Of a stretch of 64,000 nt of DNA, positions 29,084-39,360 are shown piece by piece. Position 1 is the first letter of the stretch, and each line of letters opens with the position of its first letter. Under the pieces are notes generated by a model that ran no database searches, was not told the origin of the DNA, and was given only the letters and a program-made list of their open reading frames with translations. This stretch comes from Nautiliaceae bacterium (GTDB taxonomy: Bacteria > Campylobacterota > Campylobacteria > Campylobacterales > Nautiliaceae), in contig JBDONT010000026.1 of assembly GCA_039831155.1 (NCBI GenBank), positions 35,892 through 99,891 of the forward strand. The letters run 5' to 3'. Made by a program: the position numbers and the translations under genes.

Positions 29084-30119
29084 AACCTTTTTCTTCTTAA
29101 GCCTTTTTTATTTTCTCTATTTCACTCTTATAGGCGATTATGTTATATTTTTACCTAAATATCTAAAAAACATAGGATTTAACGCAAAAGAGATAGGAAT
29201 AATCCTGGCTATGATTCCCATAGCCAGATTCCTAACGCCGTTTTTTTATCTTAAAAAACCATTAACCACAACAGACTATTTATGGGCTTTAGTAACGTCG
29301 TTTTCGGCTTCTTTACTGCTGCTTACCAAAAATTTTTATTTAATTTTATTTGCCTTTTTTATCATCGGTATAAGCTTTAGCATAGTTTTTCCATTTATAG
29401 AAGCCATAGCGATAGAAACGCTAAAAGAAAAATACGGAAAATCAAGGCTTTTTGGAAGTATAGGGTTTATGCTTTTTGGAATTGTTTTTTCTTATATAAA
29501 CGCAAATATGGTCTGGCTTTTTATACTTTTAATGCTTATGACAAACATAAGTGCCCTTTATTTCCTAAGCGATAAAACCATCCGAAAAAGCGTAGCGAAA
29601 ATAGACTTTTTAAAAGAGTGGAAATTTTGGGCGGCAGTTATATTTTTTCAAATTACTCTTAGTGCATATCATAACTTTTTCACACTTTACAATCTCGACC
29701 ATCACATCTCAAAAGAAGCGATAGGATGGCTTTGGGCTATAGGAGTTATGGCAGAAATTATCATATTTTTTATTCAACACAAATTCCTACCCAAACTCTC
29801 TCCTAAAAAATGGCTTGAAATTGCTATTATATTAACGGCTTTTAGGTGGTTTATTCTTTATATATTTGCCGGTAATTTTATCTTAACGGCATTTTCTCAA
29901 TTGATTCACGTTTTTTCTTTTGCAATTTTTCATACAGCCGCCCTTCTTTATATTTCAAAAAAATACCAAAACAAAACCCTAGCCCAACAATTTTATTCGG
30001 GCATTGCTTATGGTCTGGCTACTTTTATAGGGAGTGTAATTTCCGGATATTTATACGGAGACAACCTATTTTTATACGAAACTTTCTTGGCACTGATTGG
30101 ATTTTTGATTATGTTATAA
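29073..30119 (+). CDS. MFS transporter (HcaT/MFS_1-like)
   Basis: Many TMs; 'YGKSRLFGSIGF'. Confidence 0.85.
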   Translation: MRNKTFFFLSLFYFLYFTLIGDYVIFLPKYLKNIGFNAKEIGIILAMIPIARFLTPFFYLKKPLTTTDYLWALVTSFSASLLLLTKNFYLILFAFFIIGISFSIVFPFIEAIAIETLKEKYGKSRLFGSIGFMLFGIVFSYINANMVWLFILLMLMTNISALYFLSDKTIRKSVAKIDFLKEWKFWAAVIFFQITLSAYHNFFTLYNLDHHISKEAIGWLWAIGVMAEIIIFFIQHKFLPKLSPKKWLEIAIILTAFRWFILYIFAGNFILTAFSQLIHVFSFAIFHTAALLYISKKYQNKTLAQQFYSGIAYGLATFIGSVISGYLYGDNLFLYETFLALIGFLIML

Positions 30120-30138
30120 TTACTAAAAAAGGAAAAGG

Positions 30139-33100
30139 TTGATAGAGGAGTTTTTATCTGTCCTTGGATTTAAAGACTTAAAAAAAGATTATAACGGCTA
30201 CACAATAAAAATAGATTTAAAAAAAGGCAAAATTTATTATAGAGACGATAACAAAACAACACAAGAGAGAATTAAAGACGGAAAAATCCAAATAGGAGAT
30301 ACCACTTCATCTCACTTTAACCCAAAAGGCGATGCAAATCAAGAGGCTTTTGTTGTTTTGTATGCTATTGATAGGCTTTTGAGTTTAGGGTATAAACCGG
30401 AGGATTTATTTATTGAGAGAAAATGGAAACTTGGCAGAAGCTCAAAAAGCGGAAAAGCAGATATCACAATCTACAAAAACGACAAAGCCTATATAATAAT
30501 TGAGTGTAAAAGATACGATGAGTTTGAAAAAGAGAAAAAGAGAATGCTAAAAAACGGAGGTCAGCTTTTCAGTTATCTTAATCAGGATACAAATGTAAAA
30601 TATTTAGCTCTTTTTACTTCAAGATTTGAAGAGGGGGATGTTTTTTATGAAAATGCAATTGTTAAGATTATTGATAATGAAGAGAAAGTAAAAGAGTGCA
30701 AAGAAAAAGGCGGTGAGCTTTGCTCATACAAAGATGCTCATAATGTAGATGAGTTTTTTTATATCTGGAAAAACCTATATGACTCCTATTTTTACAGATA
30801 CGGCATTTTTGAAGAAGATGCAACTCCTTATAATGTAGAACTAAAGCCTTTAAAAAAGAGAGATTTAATTCCTTTTAAAAACTCAAAAGGGCTTTTTAAT
30901 AAATTTGCTGAAATTTTAAGACACAACAATATAAGTGATAATGCCAACGCTTTTAATAAAATGCTCTCTCTTATTCTTTGTAAGATTGTAGATGAGGAAA
31001 AGCAGGATAATGAAGTGCTTGATTTTCAGGTAATTGAGGGAATGAGCGATGAAAAGTTAGTCGATAGACTTCAAGCATTATATAAAAGAGGGGTTGAGAA
31101 GTATTTAGGCATTAAAGATTTTGTATACCATTCAGACGAAGAGATAGAAGAGAGAATAAAGCTTTTCCCAAATAGAACTCCGCTTGAAGAGATAATGAAA
31201 TTTTTTAAAGAGATAAAGTATTACACAGATAAGACTTTTGCTTTTAAAGAGATTTATAATAAAAAGCTATTTGAAGAGAATGCTTTGATTTTAAAAGAAG
31301 TAATTGAGATGCTTCAGCACTACAGATTTAAAAACTCTTCAAAAAATCAGTTTTTAGGGGATTTTTTTGAACTCTTATTAAATCACGGGGTAAAACAGAG
31401 TGAGGGGCAGTTTTTTACACCTTTGCCGATAGTTAGATTTATGGTATTAAGCATTGATTTAGATACCTTACAAAAAGATAAAGAGAAACTAAACCCAGAT
31501 TCTCCTTTGATTAAAACGCTTGATTTTGCGTGTGGGGCTGGGCATTTTTTGATTGAGGCGATTGATGAGATTGAAAAGATAAATCAGCAGAAATTTCACT
31601 TTGATATAAATGAATGGACAAAAGAGTATATATATGGAATAGAAAAAGATTACCGCTTAGCAAGGACTGCAAAAATTGCTTGTTTTTTAAATGGAGATGG
31701 GGAAGCTAATGTTATTTATGGGGATGGACTTAAAAAGCATAAGGAATTAAAAGAGGATGAAGAAAAATTTGATTTAATTCTTACAAATCCTCCATATTCT
31801 GTAAAAGAATTTAAAAATTATGTAGAAATTGAAAAAAATGAATTTGAATTATTTAATTTTTTAAGTGAAAAAGCAAGTGAGATTGAAGTCTTGTTTATTG
31901 AAAGAGCAAAACAAGCTTTAAGAAACAACGGAAGGTGTGCAATTATTTTGCCAAGCTCAATCCTTACAAATACAGGAATTTATACAAAAGCAAGAGAGTT
32001 AATTCTTAAATATTTTGAGATTATTGCAATTACCGAACTTGGCAGTAAAACATTTATTGCCACAGGAACAAATACTGTAATTTTGTTTTTAAGAAGAAGA
32101 GAAGATTATTTAAGTGCTGATTTAAAAAGAGTTAGCAAAGAAGTTTTCAGGGATGAATTTTTTGAAAATGATTATATAGATAGCAAAAAACTTTTTGAAA
32201 AATATAAAAATTTTAGAAGTTTAGATTTGGATAGCTTAACTAAAAATAGATTGTCAAAAGAGTTAAGAAGCAGTGAAATAATAAAGAGTTATTATAAAAA
32301 GTTTGTAAATTTAAGCGAAATAAAAAATCTAAAAAAGAGAAAAGATTTTAAAAATTTAGGCAAATTATCACAAATAAAATTAATTTACAAAAAATTTATA
32401 GAATTTGTAAAAGAGAAAGAGAGTGAAAAATTTTATTATTTTCTTTTAACTCATAATCAAAAAGTAGTAATTGTAAAATCTCCAACCGATACAAAAAAAC
32501 AAAAAGAGTTTTTAGGGTATGAGTTTAATAAAAAAAGAGGATTTGAAGGGATTGAGATTTACACAGATGAAGATGGCAAACCTACAACAAAACTATATGA
32601 TGAAATAGATAACCCTAAAAAAGCAAATTATTACGTTAAATATGCTTTTAGGAAAAAATTTAAAAAAATTGAGGTTGATTTTGTAAGTTATAAGAATTTA
32701 GCAAATATGCTTGATTTTGATAGTGTTGAGTTTGAGAAAGTTATAAATACTTCTTTAATGGAAAATGGACAATGGGAAATAGAAAATTATAAGTGGAGTT
32801 TAGAAAAACTTGAAAAAATTGCAGAAATAAAAAAGGGCTCTTCCATTACTGAGAAAGATACAAAAAAAGGAGATATACCGGTTGTAGCTGGTGGAATTAA
32901 AGAGGCGTATTATCATAATATTGCCAATAGACCAAAAAATATTATTACAATAAGTGCATCTGGTGCAAATGCTGGATATGTTAATTTTTGGGATAGGGAG
33001 ATATTTGCTTCAGATTGTATTACTCTTTATAATAGGAATTATTTTACTACTAAATTTTTATTTTACTTTTTAAAAAATCATCAGGAAGATATTTTTAGAC

Positions 33101-33825
33101 TTGCAAGAGGTCAAGCTCAGCCTCACGTATATCAAAAAGATTTAAAAAACCTAAAAATACCTCTCCCACCTCTTGAAATTCAAGAAAAAATAGTTAAAGA
33201 AATTGAAGAAGTGGAAGAGAAAAGTGAAAAGTTAAAAAAAGAAAATGAAGAGTTGAAAAAGGAGATTGAAAAAATTATTAATGAATGTGATAATTATTCA
33301 AAAGAAAATTTAAAAAATTTATGTAATATAAATATGGGACAATCTCCAAAATCAGAATTTTATAATGAAAAAGGTAAGGGACTCCCTTTTTATCAAGGTA
33401 AGAAAGATTTTGGAGAGATTTATTTAAAAAATCCAACTACTTGGGTAACAAATCCTATAAAAATATCAACTAAAAATGATATTTTAATAAGCGTAAGAGC
33501 GCCAGTTGGAGCAGTTAATATTAATCCTTTTGAAAAAATATGTATAGGTAGAGAATTAGCAGCGATTACGCCAAAAAACATTAATTATAAATTATTGTTT
33601 TATATTTTAAAATTTTCAAATATTAAAGGCAAACAGGGAGTTACTTTTGATTCAATAAATAAAAATCAATTAAAAAACCTAAAAATCCCCCTCCCACCTC
33701 TTGAAATTCAAAAAGAGATAATCTCAAAAATAGAAAAACTTGAGGAGGTTATCGAAAATAACAAAAAAGAGCTAGAAAAATTAAATTATTTAAAAATAGA
33801 AATTTTAGAGAAGTATTTAAAATAA
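30139..33825 (+). CDS. Single-chain restriction-modification enzyme (REase + N6-adenine MTase + two-TRD specificity region)
   Basis: 'KADI..IIIECK' nuclease motif, GQFFTP, DFACGAGHFL, NPPY, two 'IPLPPLEIQ' HsdS repeats; TGTTATAAT at 30112-30120. Confidence 0.88.
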   Translation: MIEEFLSVLGFKDLKKDYNGYTIKIDLKKGKIYYRDDNKTTQERIKDGKIQIGDTTSSHFNPKGDANQEAFVVLYAIDRLLSLGYKPEDLFIERKWKLGRSSKSGKADITIYKNDKAYIIIECKRYDEFEKEKKRMLKNGGQLFSYLNQDTNVKYLALFTSRFEEGDVFYENAIVKIIDNEEKVKECKEKGGELCSYKDAHNVDEFFYIWKNLYDSYFYRYGIFEEDATPYNVELKPLKKRDLIPFKNSKGLFNKFAEILRHNNISDNANAFNKMLSLILCKIVDEEKQDNEVLDFQVIEGMSDEKLVDRLQALYKRGVEKYLGIKDFVYHSDEEIEERIKLFPNRTPLEEIMKFFKEIKYYTDKTFAFKEIYNKKLFEENALILKEVIEMLQHYRFKNSSKNQFLGDFFELLLNHGVKQSEGQFFTPLPIVRFMVLSIDLDTLQKDKEKLNPDSPLIKTLDFACGAGHFLIEAIDEIEKINQQKFHFDINEWTKEYIYGIEKDYRLARTAKIACFLNGDGEANVIYGDGLKKHKELKEDEEKFDLILTNPPYSVKEFKNYVEIEKNEFELFNFLSEKASEIEVLFIERAKQALRNNGRCAIILPSSILTNTGIYTKARELILKYFEIIAITELGSKTFIATGTNTVILFLRRREDYLSADLKRVSKEVFRDEFFENDYIDSKKLFEKYKNFRSLDLDSLTKNRLSKELRSSEIIKSYYKKFVNLSEIKNLKKRKDFKNLGKLSQIKLIYKKFIEFVKEKESEKFYYFLLTHNQKVVIVKSPTDTKKQKEFLGYEFNKKRGFEGIEIYTDEDGKPTTKLYDEIDNPKKANYYVKYAFRKKFKKIEVDFVSYKNLANMLDFDSVEFEKVINTSLMENGQWEIENYKWSLEKLEKIAEIKKGSSITEKDTKKGDIPVVAGGIKEAYYHNIANRPKNIITISASGANAGYVNFWDREIFASDCITLYNRNYFTTKFLFYFLKNHQEDIFRLARGQAQPHVYQKDLKNLKIPLPPLEIQEKIVKEIEEVEEKSEKLKKENEELKKEIEKIINECDNYSKENLKNLCNINMGQSPKSEFYNEKGKGLPFYQGKKDFGEIYLKNPTTWVTNPIKISTKNDILISVRAPVGAVNINPFEKICIGRELAAITPKNINYKLLFYILKFSNIKGKQGVTFDSINKNQLKNLKIPLPPLEIQKEIISKIEKLEEVIENNKKELEKLNYLKIEILEKYLK
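33142..33711 (+). repeat. 42-nt direct repeat (33142-33183 and 33670-33711, 40/42 identical) in the specificity region
   Basis: TTAAAAAACCTAAAAAT(A/C)CC(T/C)CTCCCACCTCTTGAAATTCAA twice. Confidence 0.9.
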
Positions 33826-33879
33826 CTCAATTCTATGATAATATAATTACAAAAAAAGCAAGAATTTAGGAGAGCCTAA

Positions 33880-33982
33880 ATGAATGAAATTATCGGAGTA
33901 ATAGGGATTAGTTAGCACTATTGTGCTAATACTATACGGAGCAATGATTATAAGTAAAAAACACTGCTTCCACACCTTATAA
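33880..33982 (+). pseudogene. Frameshifted small membrane peptide gene (33 aa if one G is removed)
   Basis: AGGAG RBS and ATG; removing one G at 33904-33906 gives MNEIIGVIGLVSTIVLILYGAMIISKKHCFHTL*. Confidence 0.45.
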
Positions 33983-34015
33983 TTTAAAAAGAGATATATA
34001 TTTTAAAGGAACAAA

Positions 34016-34984
34016 GTGAATCTACCTAAAAAAATTCAAGACAGAAAAGTAAAATTAAACTACGAAAACACTCTCATTTACGGACCAAAGGGTGTGGGAA
34101 AAACTTTTTTGGTTTTTAATTTTTTAAGAAACTTTAAAGGCTCCTATACATATATAGATTTTGAAGATTACAGAGAAAAAGAGTTTAATTTTAACGTAGA
34201 TTTAGTGATATTTGATAATTTCGATTTTTCAATTCCGCTTCCACAAAATACGACAACTTTTATTATCTCAAAAACCCCTGCTATATTAGAAAACTTTAAA
34301 ACGATAGAATTAAAAGGGCTTGATTTTGAAGAGTTCTTCGCTTTCAATAATGCTCAAAGCATAACCCATACGTTCGATAAATTCCTAAAAACCGGAACGC
34401 TTCCTAAAAGCGTGTTTTTAGAAGAGTATTTTAAAGAAGAGTATTTAAAAGAAACTTTTAAATTGCTTGATTTCAATAAAGATATTTTAAAATTCTTCTT
34501 TTCACATATAGGAGAAAAGTTAACCCTTTATCAAATTTATCAAATATTAAAAAAAGAGATAAAAATCAGCAAAGACAGTTTTTATAAAACCACAAACGAA
34601 CTTATAAAAAACAAAATTATCTATGAAGTTAATAAATTCAACTCTCCAAAATCCCCTAAAAAGTTTTATTCTTATAACTTTGCGTTTAAAAATATCCTTA
34701 CCAATAAAAAAAACCTTCTCTTAACGTTTGAAAATATCGTTTTTTTGGAATTAAACGAAAAAGAGGTTTTTTATAAAGACGCTTTGAATTTCTATTTACC
34801 TCAAAAAGAGCTTGGAATTATGGTAATTCCTTTTGCAAATGAAGAAATTTTGCTGGAAAAACTGAAAAAAGTAAAAGACGTAAAAAAAGTTCAGGTAATT
34901 ACGATTTCAAACGAATTTGAAATAAACTATAAAAATCTTGAAGTGGAGGTGATACCATTTTGGCGTTGGAGACTTGCGGAATAG
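34016..34984 (+). CDS. AAA_14/DUF4143-type ATP-binding protein
   Basis: GPKGVGKT, 'PKKFY', 'FENIVFLEL', 'IPFW'. Confidence 0.75.
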   Translation: MNLPKKIQDRKVKLNYENTLIYGPKGVGKTFLVFNFLRNFKGSYTYIDFEDYREKEFNFNVDLVIFDNFDFSIPLPQNTTTFIISKTPAILENFKTIELKGLDFEEFFAFNNAQSITHTFDKFLKTGTLPKSVFLEEYFKEEYLKETFKLLDFNKDILKFFFSHIGEKLTLYQIYQILKKEIKISKDSFYKTTNELIKNKIIYEVNKFNSPKSPKKFYSYNFAFKNILTNKKNLLLTFENIVFLELNEKEVFYKDALNFYLPQKELGIMVIPFANEEILLEKLKKVKDVKKVQVITISNEFEINYKNLEVEVIPFWRWRLAE

Positions 34985-35514
34985 ACGAAGCCGGACGTGG
35001 ACCTATTGCAGGTCCTTTGGTAATAGCCGGTTGCGTACTTTTAAAAGAGATAAAAGGGCTAAACGACTCAAAAAAATTATCGGCCAAAAAAAGAGAACGA
35101 CTCTTTGAAGAGATTATAAAAAATTCCGTTTATCATATAGAATGGATTTGGCCCGATGAAATAGACAAAAAAGGTTTAAGCTTTGCAATAGCAAAAGGAT
35201 TAAAAGCTATAAAACAAAATATAAAAGCAAAAAAATACTTATTTGACGGTAACAGCTCGTTTGGTGTAGAGGGAATAGAAACTATCGTAAAAGGTGACAG
35301 TAAAATAAAAGAAATAAGTGCGGCAAGTATTTTAGCAAAAGTAAGTAGAGATAAATATATGATAGAAATTGCCGATAAATACCCACAGTTTAGCTTTAAA
35401 AAACACAAAGGCTACATAACAAAAGCCCATATAGAAGAGATAAAAAAATACGGCTTTAGCGACATTCACAGGAAAAGCTACAGACTAAAAGCCCTAGAGC
35501 CCACCCTATTTTAA
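34960..35514 (+). CDS. rnhB: Ribonuclease HII
   Basis: GIDEAGRGP, LNDSKKL, KGD, AASILAKVSRD. Confidence 0.95.
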   Translation: MALETCGIDEAGRGPIAGPLVIAGCVLLKEIKGLNDSKKLSAKKRERLFEEIIKNSVYHIEWIWPDEIDKKGLSFAIAKGLKAIKQNIKAKKYLFDGNSSFGVEGIETIVKGDSKIKEISAASILAKVSRDKYMIEIADKYPQFSFKKHKGYITKAHIEEIKKYGFSDIHRKSYRLKALEPTLF

Positions 35515-35523
35515 GGAGGTAAC

Positions 35524-36216
35524 TTGAGATATTTATTTATTTTTTTATTGTGGATAAATTTACAAGCGGCGTTTCCCTCGTGGTACTATAAAATAAAAGA
35601 CATAAAAAAACAGAAAAAAGCGTTTGTTGAGATTATGCTTCCACTAATTCAAACCGAAAACAACAAAATTAAAAACTTAAGACAAAAAGTTATTTCGATA
35701 TTCAATTCCGACTATATTTTAGATACAAAAAAACTCGCATTTCTGGCAAAAGTAGCAAGAGAATATAAAATAAAAGACATAAGCGATAAAGAGGAGTTTT
35801 TAAAAAGAATAGACACCATCCCTCCCTCTTTAGCCCTTGCTCAAGCAGCAATTGAAAGCGGCTGGGGGAAAAGTAGGTTTGTAAAAGTTGCAAACAACAT
35901 CTTCGGACACTGGACTTATTCTAATAAAGGTATAAAACCAAAAAGCAAATACGAACATATAAAAATAGACTATTCAATTAGAATTTTTCCTTCTCTTGAA
36001 GCTTCGATAAAAGCATATATGCTAAACCTAAACAGAAACAGGGCATATAAAGAGTTTAGGGATTTAAGAGAAAAATATAGAAAAGAGCATAAGACATTTA
36101 CCGGACTTAAAGCGGCAAACACTTTAATTCACTATTCTCAAACAAAAGAAAAATATGTCGATTTATTAAAATATATGATAATAAAAAACAATTGGAGTAG
36201 ATATGACGGAGATTAA
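35524..36216 (+). CDS. Glucosaminidase-domain (Bax-like) protein
   Basis: 'LALAQAAIESGWGKSRF...NNIFG', 'YM.NLN...AY..FR'. Confidence 0.85.
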   Translation: MRYLFIFLLWINLQAAFPSWYYKIKDIKKQKKAFVEIMLPLIQTENNKIKNLRQKVISIFNSDYILDTKKLAFLAKVAREYKIKDISDKEEFLKRIDTIPPSLALAQAAIESGWGKSRFVKVANNIFGHWTYSNKGIKPKSKYEHIKIDYSIRIFPSLEASIKAYMLNLNRNRAYKEFRDLREKYRKEHKTFTGLKAANTLIHYSQTKEKYVDLLKYMIIKNNWSRYDGD

Positions 36217-36274
36217 TATTATCGTCATTTTCTTTATATAAAATATAAGAAATTATTATATAAAAGGGCTGATT

Positions 36275-38572
36275 TTGAACAAAAATATTTTCGAACAATA
36301 TCTTGATATTATAAATAAAACTCTCATCATCTCTGAAACGGACTTAAACGGAATTATAACGGCGGTTAATAAAAATTTTGAAAAAATAAGTAAATATTCG
36401 GCAAAAGAACTTATAGGTAAAAATCACAATATAGTAAGGCACCCGGATATGCCTAAAAAAGTATTCGAAAATTTATGGAACACCATAAAAGCCGGTAAAA
36501 TCTGGGAAGGAATTATTAAAAATAAAAGAAAAGACGGTAAAAGCTACTACGTAAAAAGCATAATAGCCCCTATTAAAAACGAAAAAGGAGAAAATATCTA
36601 CTATGTAGCTTTTAGACAAGATATTACCGATTTAGTCAATATAAGCAACAAACTCTCTCTCGAAAAAAAACTCTTAAGAGCCATTTTAGACAACACAAAC
36701 AACATAGTAATAGTAAAAAGAAATGATGAATTTTTTCTTGTAAACAAAAAATTCTTTGAAGTTTTACCTTTTAAAACATTAAAAGAATTCGAAGAAAAAC
36801 ACAAATCCATAAACGAACTTTTCTTAAAAGAGTGTTTTTACGATGAAGACATAAACTGGTATCAAAATAAAAAAAACATAAAAGTATGCATAAAAGACAA
36901 AAATAACGAAATTCGCTATTTTAACTTAAACATAAACAATTTTAAATTTCAAAACGATAAATATGTAGTATTTACATTAACCGATATTACGGATTTGGAA
37001 AAAACAAAAAACAAACTTATAGAAGAACAAAAATTAAAAGAGATGTTTTTTGCAAATATGTCTCACGAAATAAGAACCCCCCTCAACTCTATATTGGGTT
37101 TTACTTGCTTACTTGAGAAAACCGAACTAAACGACCAGCAAAAAGAGTATCTTTCATATTTGAAACACTCATCCGAATTTTTACTAAACATAGTAAACGA
37201 AATACTTGATTTTTCTAAAATAGAAGCCGGAAAACTAAAACTTGACATTCAAGAAAATAATATTTACGAAACTATAATTTCAACTTTTAACTCCCTAAAA
37301 CCGATAGCAAAAAAGAAAAATTTAAAATTTACTCTAAAAATAGAACCTATAAAAGAGTGTTACTTTTTCGATAAAACACGATTAAAACAGATTTTAACAA
37401 ATCTTTTAAACAACGCCATTAAATTTACAAATAAAGGGGAAGTTAAACTAATAGTAAAAAAAGATTTAACATTTAAAGTAAAAGATACGGGAGTTGGAAT
37501 CCCAAAAAACAAAATAAACACAATATTTGAAGCTTTTAACCAAACCGACCTTACAAAAAACATATCAGGAACCGGACTTGGACTTACTATTACAAAAAAA
37601 CTTATAGAACTTATGGGTGGAGAGATTAAAGTTAAAAGTGAAGTAAACAAAGGAAGTGAATTTTACTTTAAGCTACCTCTTAAAGAGTGCAAGAAAAAAT
37701 ACTTAAAAGAAAAAGTTCCGCAAATTTACACCGAAGATAAAGAAATAGAAAAATTTTTGAAACATTTTGAAATAGAAATAACTCCAAAAGCACCGGTAAA
37801 AATAGAGGTCCTAAAAAACAAAATAGTAATAAACAAATTTGAAATAGAAAAAGACAAAAACTATTTATACGAAATTTACCATTACCTCTACTTAGACAAA
37901 GAAACAAAAATAGAAAAAGAAAATTTAAACGCTTACATATTAATTGCCGAAGATAACGAATTCAATAGGATTTTATTAAAAGATTTACTTAAAAACTTTA
38001 ATTTAAACATAGACTTCGCCATAGACGGATATGAAGCTGTCCAAAAGGCTCTTGATAATAACTATGATTTAATATTAATGGACGTGAATATGCCAAATAT
38101 GGACGGAATAACTGCAGCTAAAAAAATAAAAAAATACAAATCAACTCCTATTGTAGCTCTAACCGCTCATACATTTAAAGAAGAAGTAAACAAAATAAAA
38201 GAAGTGATGGACGACTACATCCCAAAACCGGTTAAATTGGATAATTTAAAAAATATTTTTCAAAAGCATCTATTTAAAAAAAATATTTTAAACTCCATAG
38301 CAAAAGAATATAATCTTTCTCATTACGAAATAAAAAATCTATTTACTACCTTTATAAAAAATACTAAAAAACTTTTAAAAGGAAACGATTACTATTCTAT
38401 ATTTCATCAAATAAAAAGCAGTAGCGGAGCATTAAAATTATTTAAAATAGAAGAAATTGCAAAAAAAGCTATGAAAGCGGCAAGAGACAACAAAGAGTTC
38501 GACTTTGAAAAAATTAAAAAAGAGATTAAAACGGAATTAAAAAAAATTGAAGATCAAATAAAAGAAAGATAA
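36275..38572 (+). CDS. Hybrid sensor histidine kinase (PAS-PAS-HisKA-HATPase-REC-HPt)
   Basis: HNIVRHPDMP, MSHEIRTPLN, NAIKFT, GTGLGL, LMDVNMP, FHQIKSSSG. Confidence 0.92.
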   Translation: MNKNIFEQYLDIINKTLIISETDLNGIITAVNKNFEKISKYSAKELIGKNHNIVRHPDMPKKVFENLWNTIKAGKIWEGIIKNKRKDGKSYYVKSIIAPIKNEKGENIYYVAFRQDITDLVNISNKLSLEKKLLRAILDNTNNIVIVKRNDEFFLVNKKFFEVLPFKTLKEFEEKHKSINELFLKECFYDEDINWYQNKKNIKVCIKDKNNEIRYFNLNINNFKFQNDKYVVFTLTDITDLEKTKNKLIEEQKLKEMFFANMSHEIRTPLNSILGFTCLLEKTELNDQQKEYLSYLKHSSEFLLNIVNEILDFSKIEAGKLKLDIQENNIYETIISTFNSLKPIAKKKNLKFTLKIEPIKECYFFDKTRLKQILTNLLNNAIKFTNKGEVKLIVKKDLTFKVKDTGVGIPKNKINTIFEAFNQTDLTKNISGTGLGLTITKKLIELMGGEIKVKSEVNKGSEFYFKLPLKECKKKYLKEKVPQIYTEDKEIEKFLKHFEIEITPKAPVKIEVLKNKIVINKFEIEKDKNYLYEIYHYLYLDKETKIEKENLNAYILIAEDNEFNRILLKDLLKNFNLNIDFAIDGYEAVQKALDNNYDLILMDVNMPNMDGITAAKKIKKYKSTPIVALTAHTFKEEVNKIKEVMDDYIPKPVKLDNLKNIFQKHLFKKNILNSIAKEYNLSHYEIKNLFTTFIKNTKKLLKGNDYYSIFHQIKSSSGALKLFKIEEIAKKAMKAARDNKEFDFEKIKKEIKTELKKIEDQIKER

Positions 38573-39360
38573 TGAATTTTTCAATAGCTTTAAACTATGG
38601 TATAAAAGTACTAAGTGTCATTTTAATTTTTATATTAGGAAAATGGTCGGCAAAAATTAGTGCGAACTTAATCAAAAAAACTTTAATTAAAGCTAATGTC
38701 GATATCACATTAGTTAATTTTTTAAGCGAACTTACATATTTCGGTTTAATTATAGCAGTCATATTAGCCGTATTAGGTAATCTTGGCATAAACACGATCT
38801 CTTTTATCACGATGTTAGGAGTTTTAGGACTTACAATCGGTCTTGCCCTACAAAAAAACATCTCTAATTTCGGAGCCGGAATAATTATTTTATTTTTAAG
38901 ACCCTTTAAAATCGGGGATTTCGTAGAAGCCGGCGGAGCTAGCGGAAATATTGATGCCATAGGTATTTTTAACACCACATTTAAAACGGGAGATAATAAA
39001 ATTATCATAGTCCCAAACTCAAATATTATAAGCTCAAACATAATCAACTATTCAAAAGAACCCGTAAGAAGAGTTGATTTGATAATAGGGGTAAGCTATC
39101 AAGACGATTTAAAAATCGTAAAATCCACTTTAGAACACATCCTCTCTTCCCATCCGAAAATTTTAAAAGAACCGAAATTTAGCGTAGCACTTGCAGAACT
39201 TGCTAACAGCAGTATAAACTTTAACGTAAGAGGATGGGTAAACAGTGAAGATTACTGGAGTGTAAGAAGCAATTTATTAGAAACCATTAAAACCACATTC
39301 GACGAAAAAGGGATAACAATCCCTTATCCTCAAATGGATGTACACGTAAAAGCAGCTTAA
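38572..39360 (+). CDS. mscS: Small-conductance mechanosensitive channel
   Basis: IGLALQ..ISNF.AG, RPFKIGD, IPYPQ. Confidence 0.92.
   Translation: MNFSIALNYGIKVLSVILIFILGKWSAKISANLIKKTLIKANVDITLVNFLSELTYFGLIIAVILAVLGNLGINTISFITMLGVLGLTIGLALQKNISNFGAGIIILFLRPFKIGDFVEAGGASGNIDAIGIFNTTFKTGDNKIIIVPNSNIISSNIINYSKEPVRRVDLIIGVSYQDDLKIVKSTLEHILSSHPKILKEPKFSVALAELANSSINFNVRGWVNSEDYWSVRSNLLETIKTTFDEKGITIPYPQMDVHVKAA

Noticed and set aside
34016-34984. AAA ATPase as a defence partner of the R-M enzyme
   Set aside because: It overlaps rnhB, has host-like codon use by eye and looks like resident backbone
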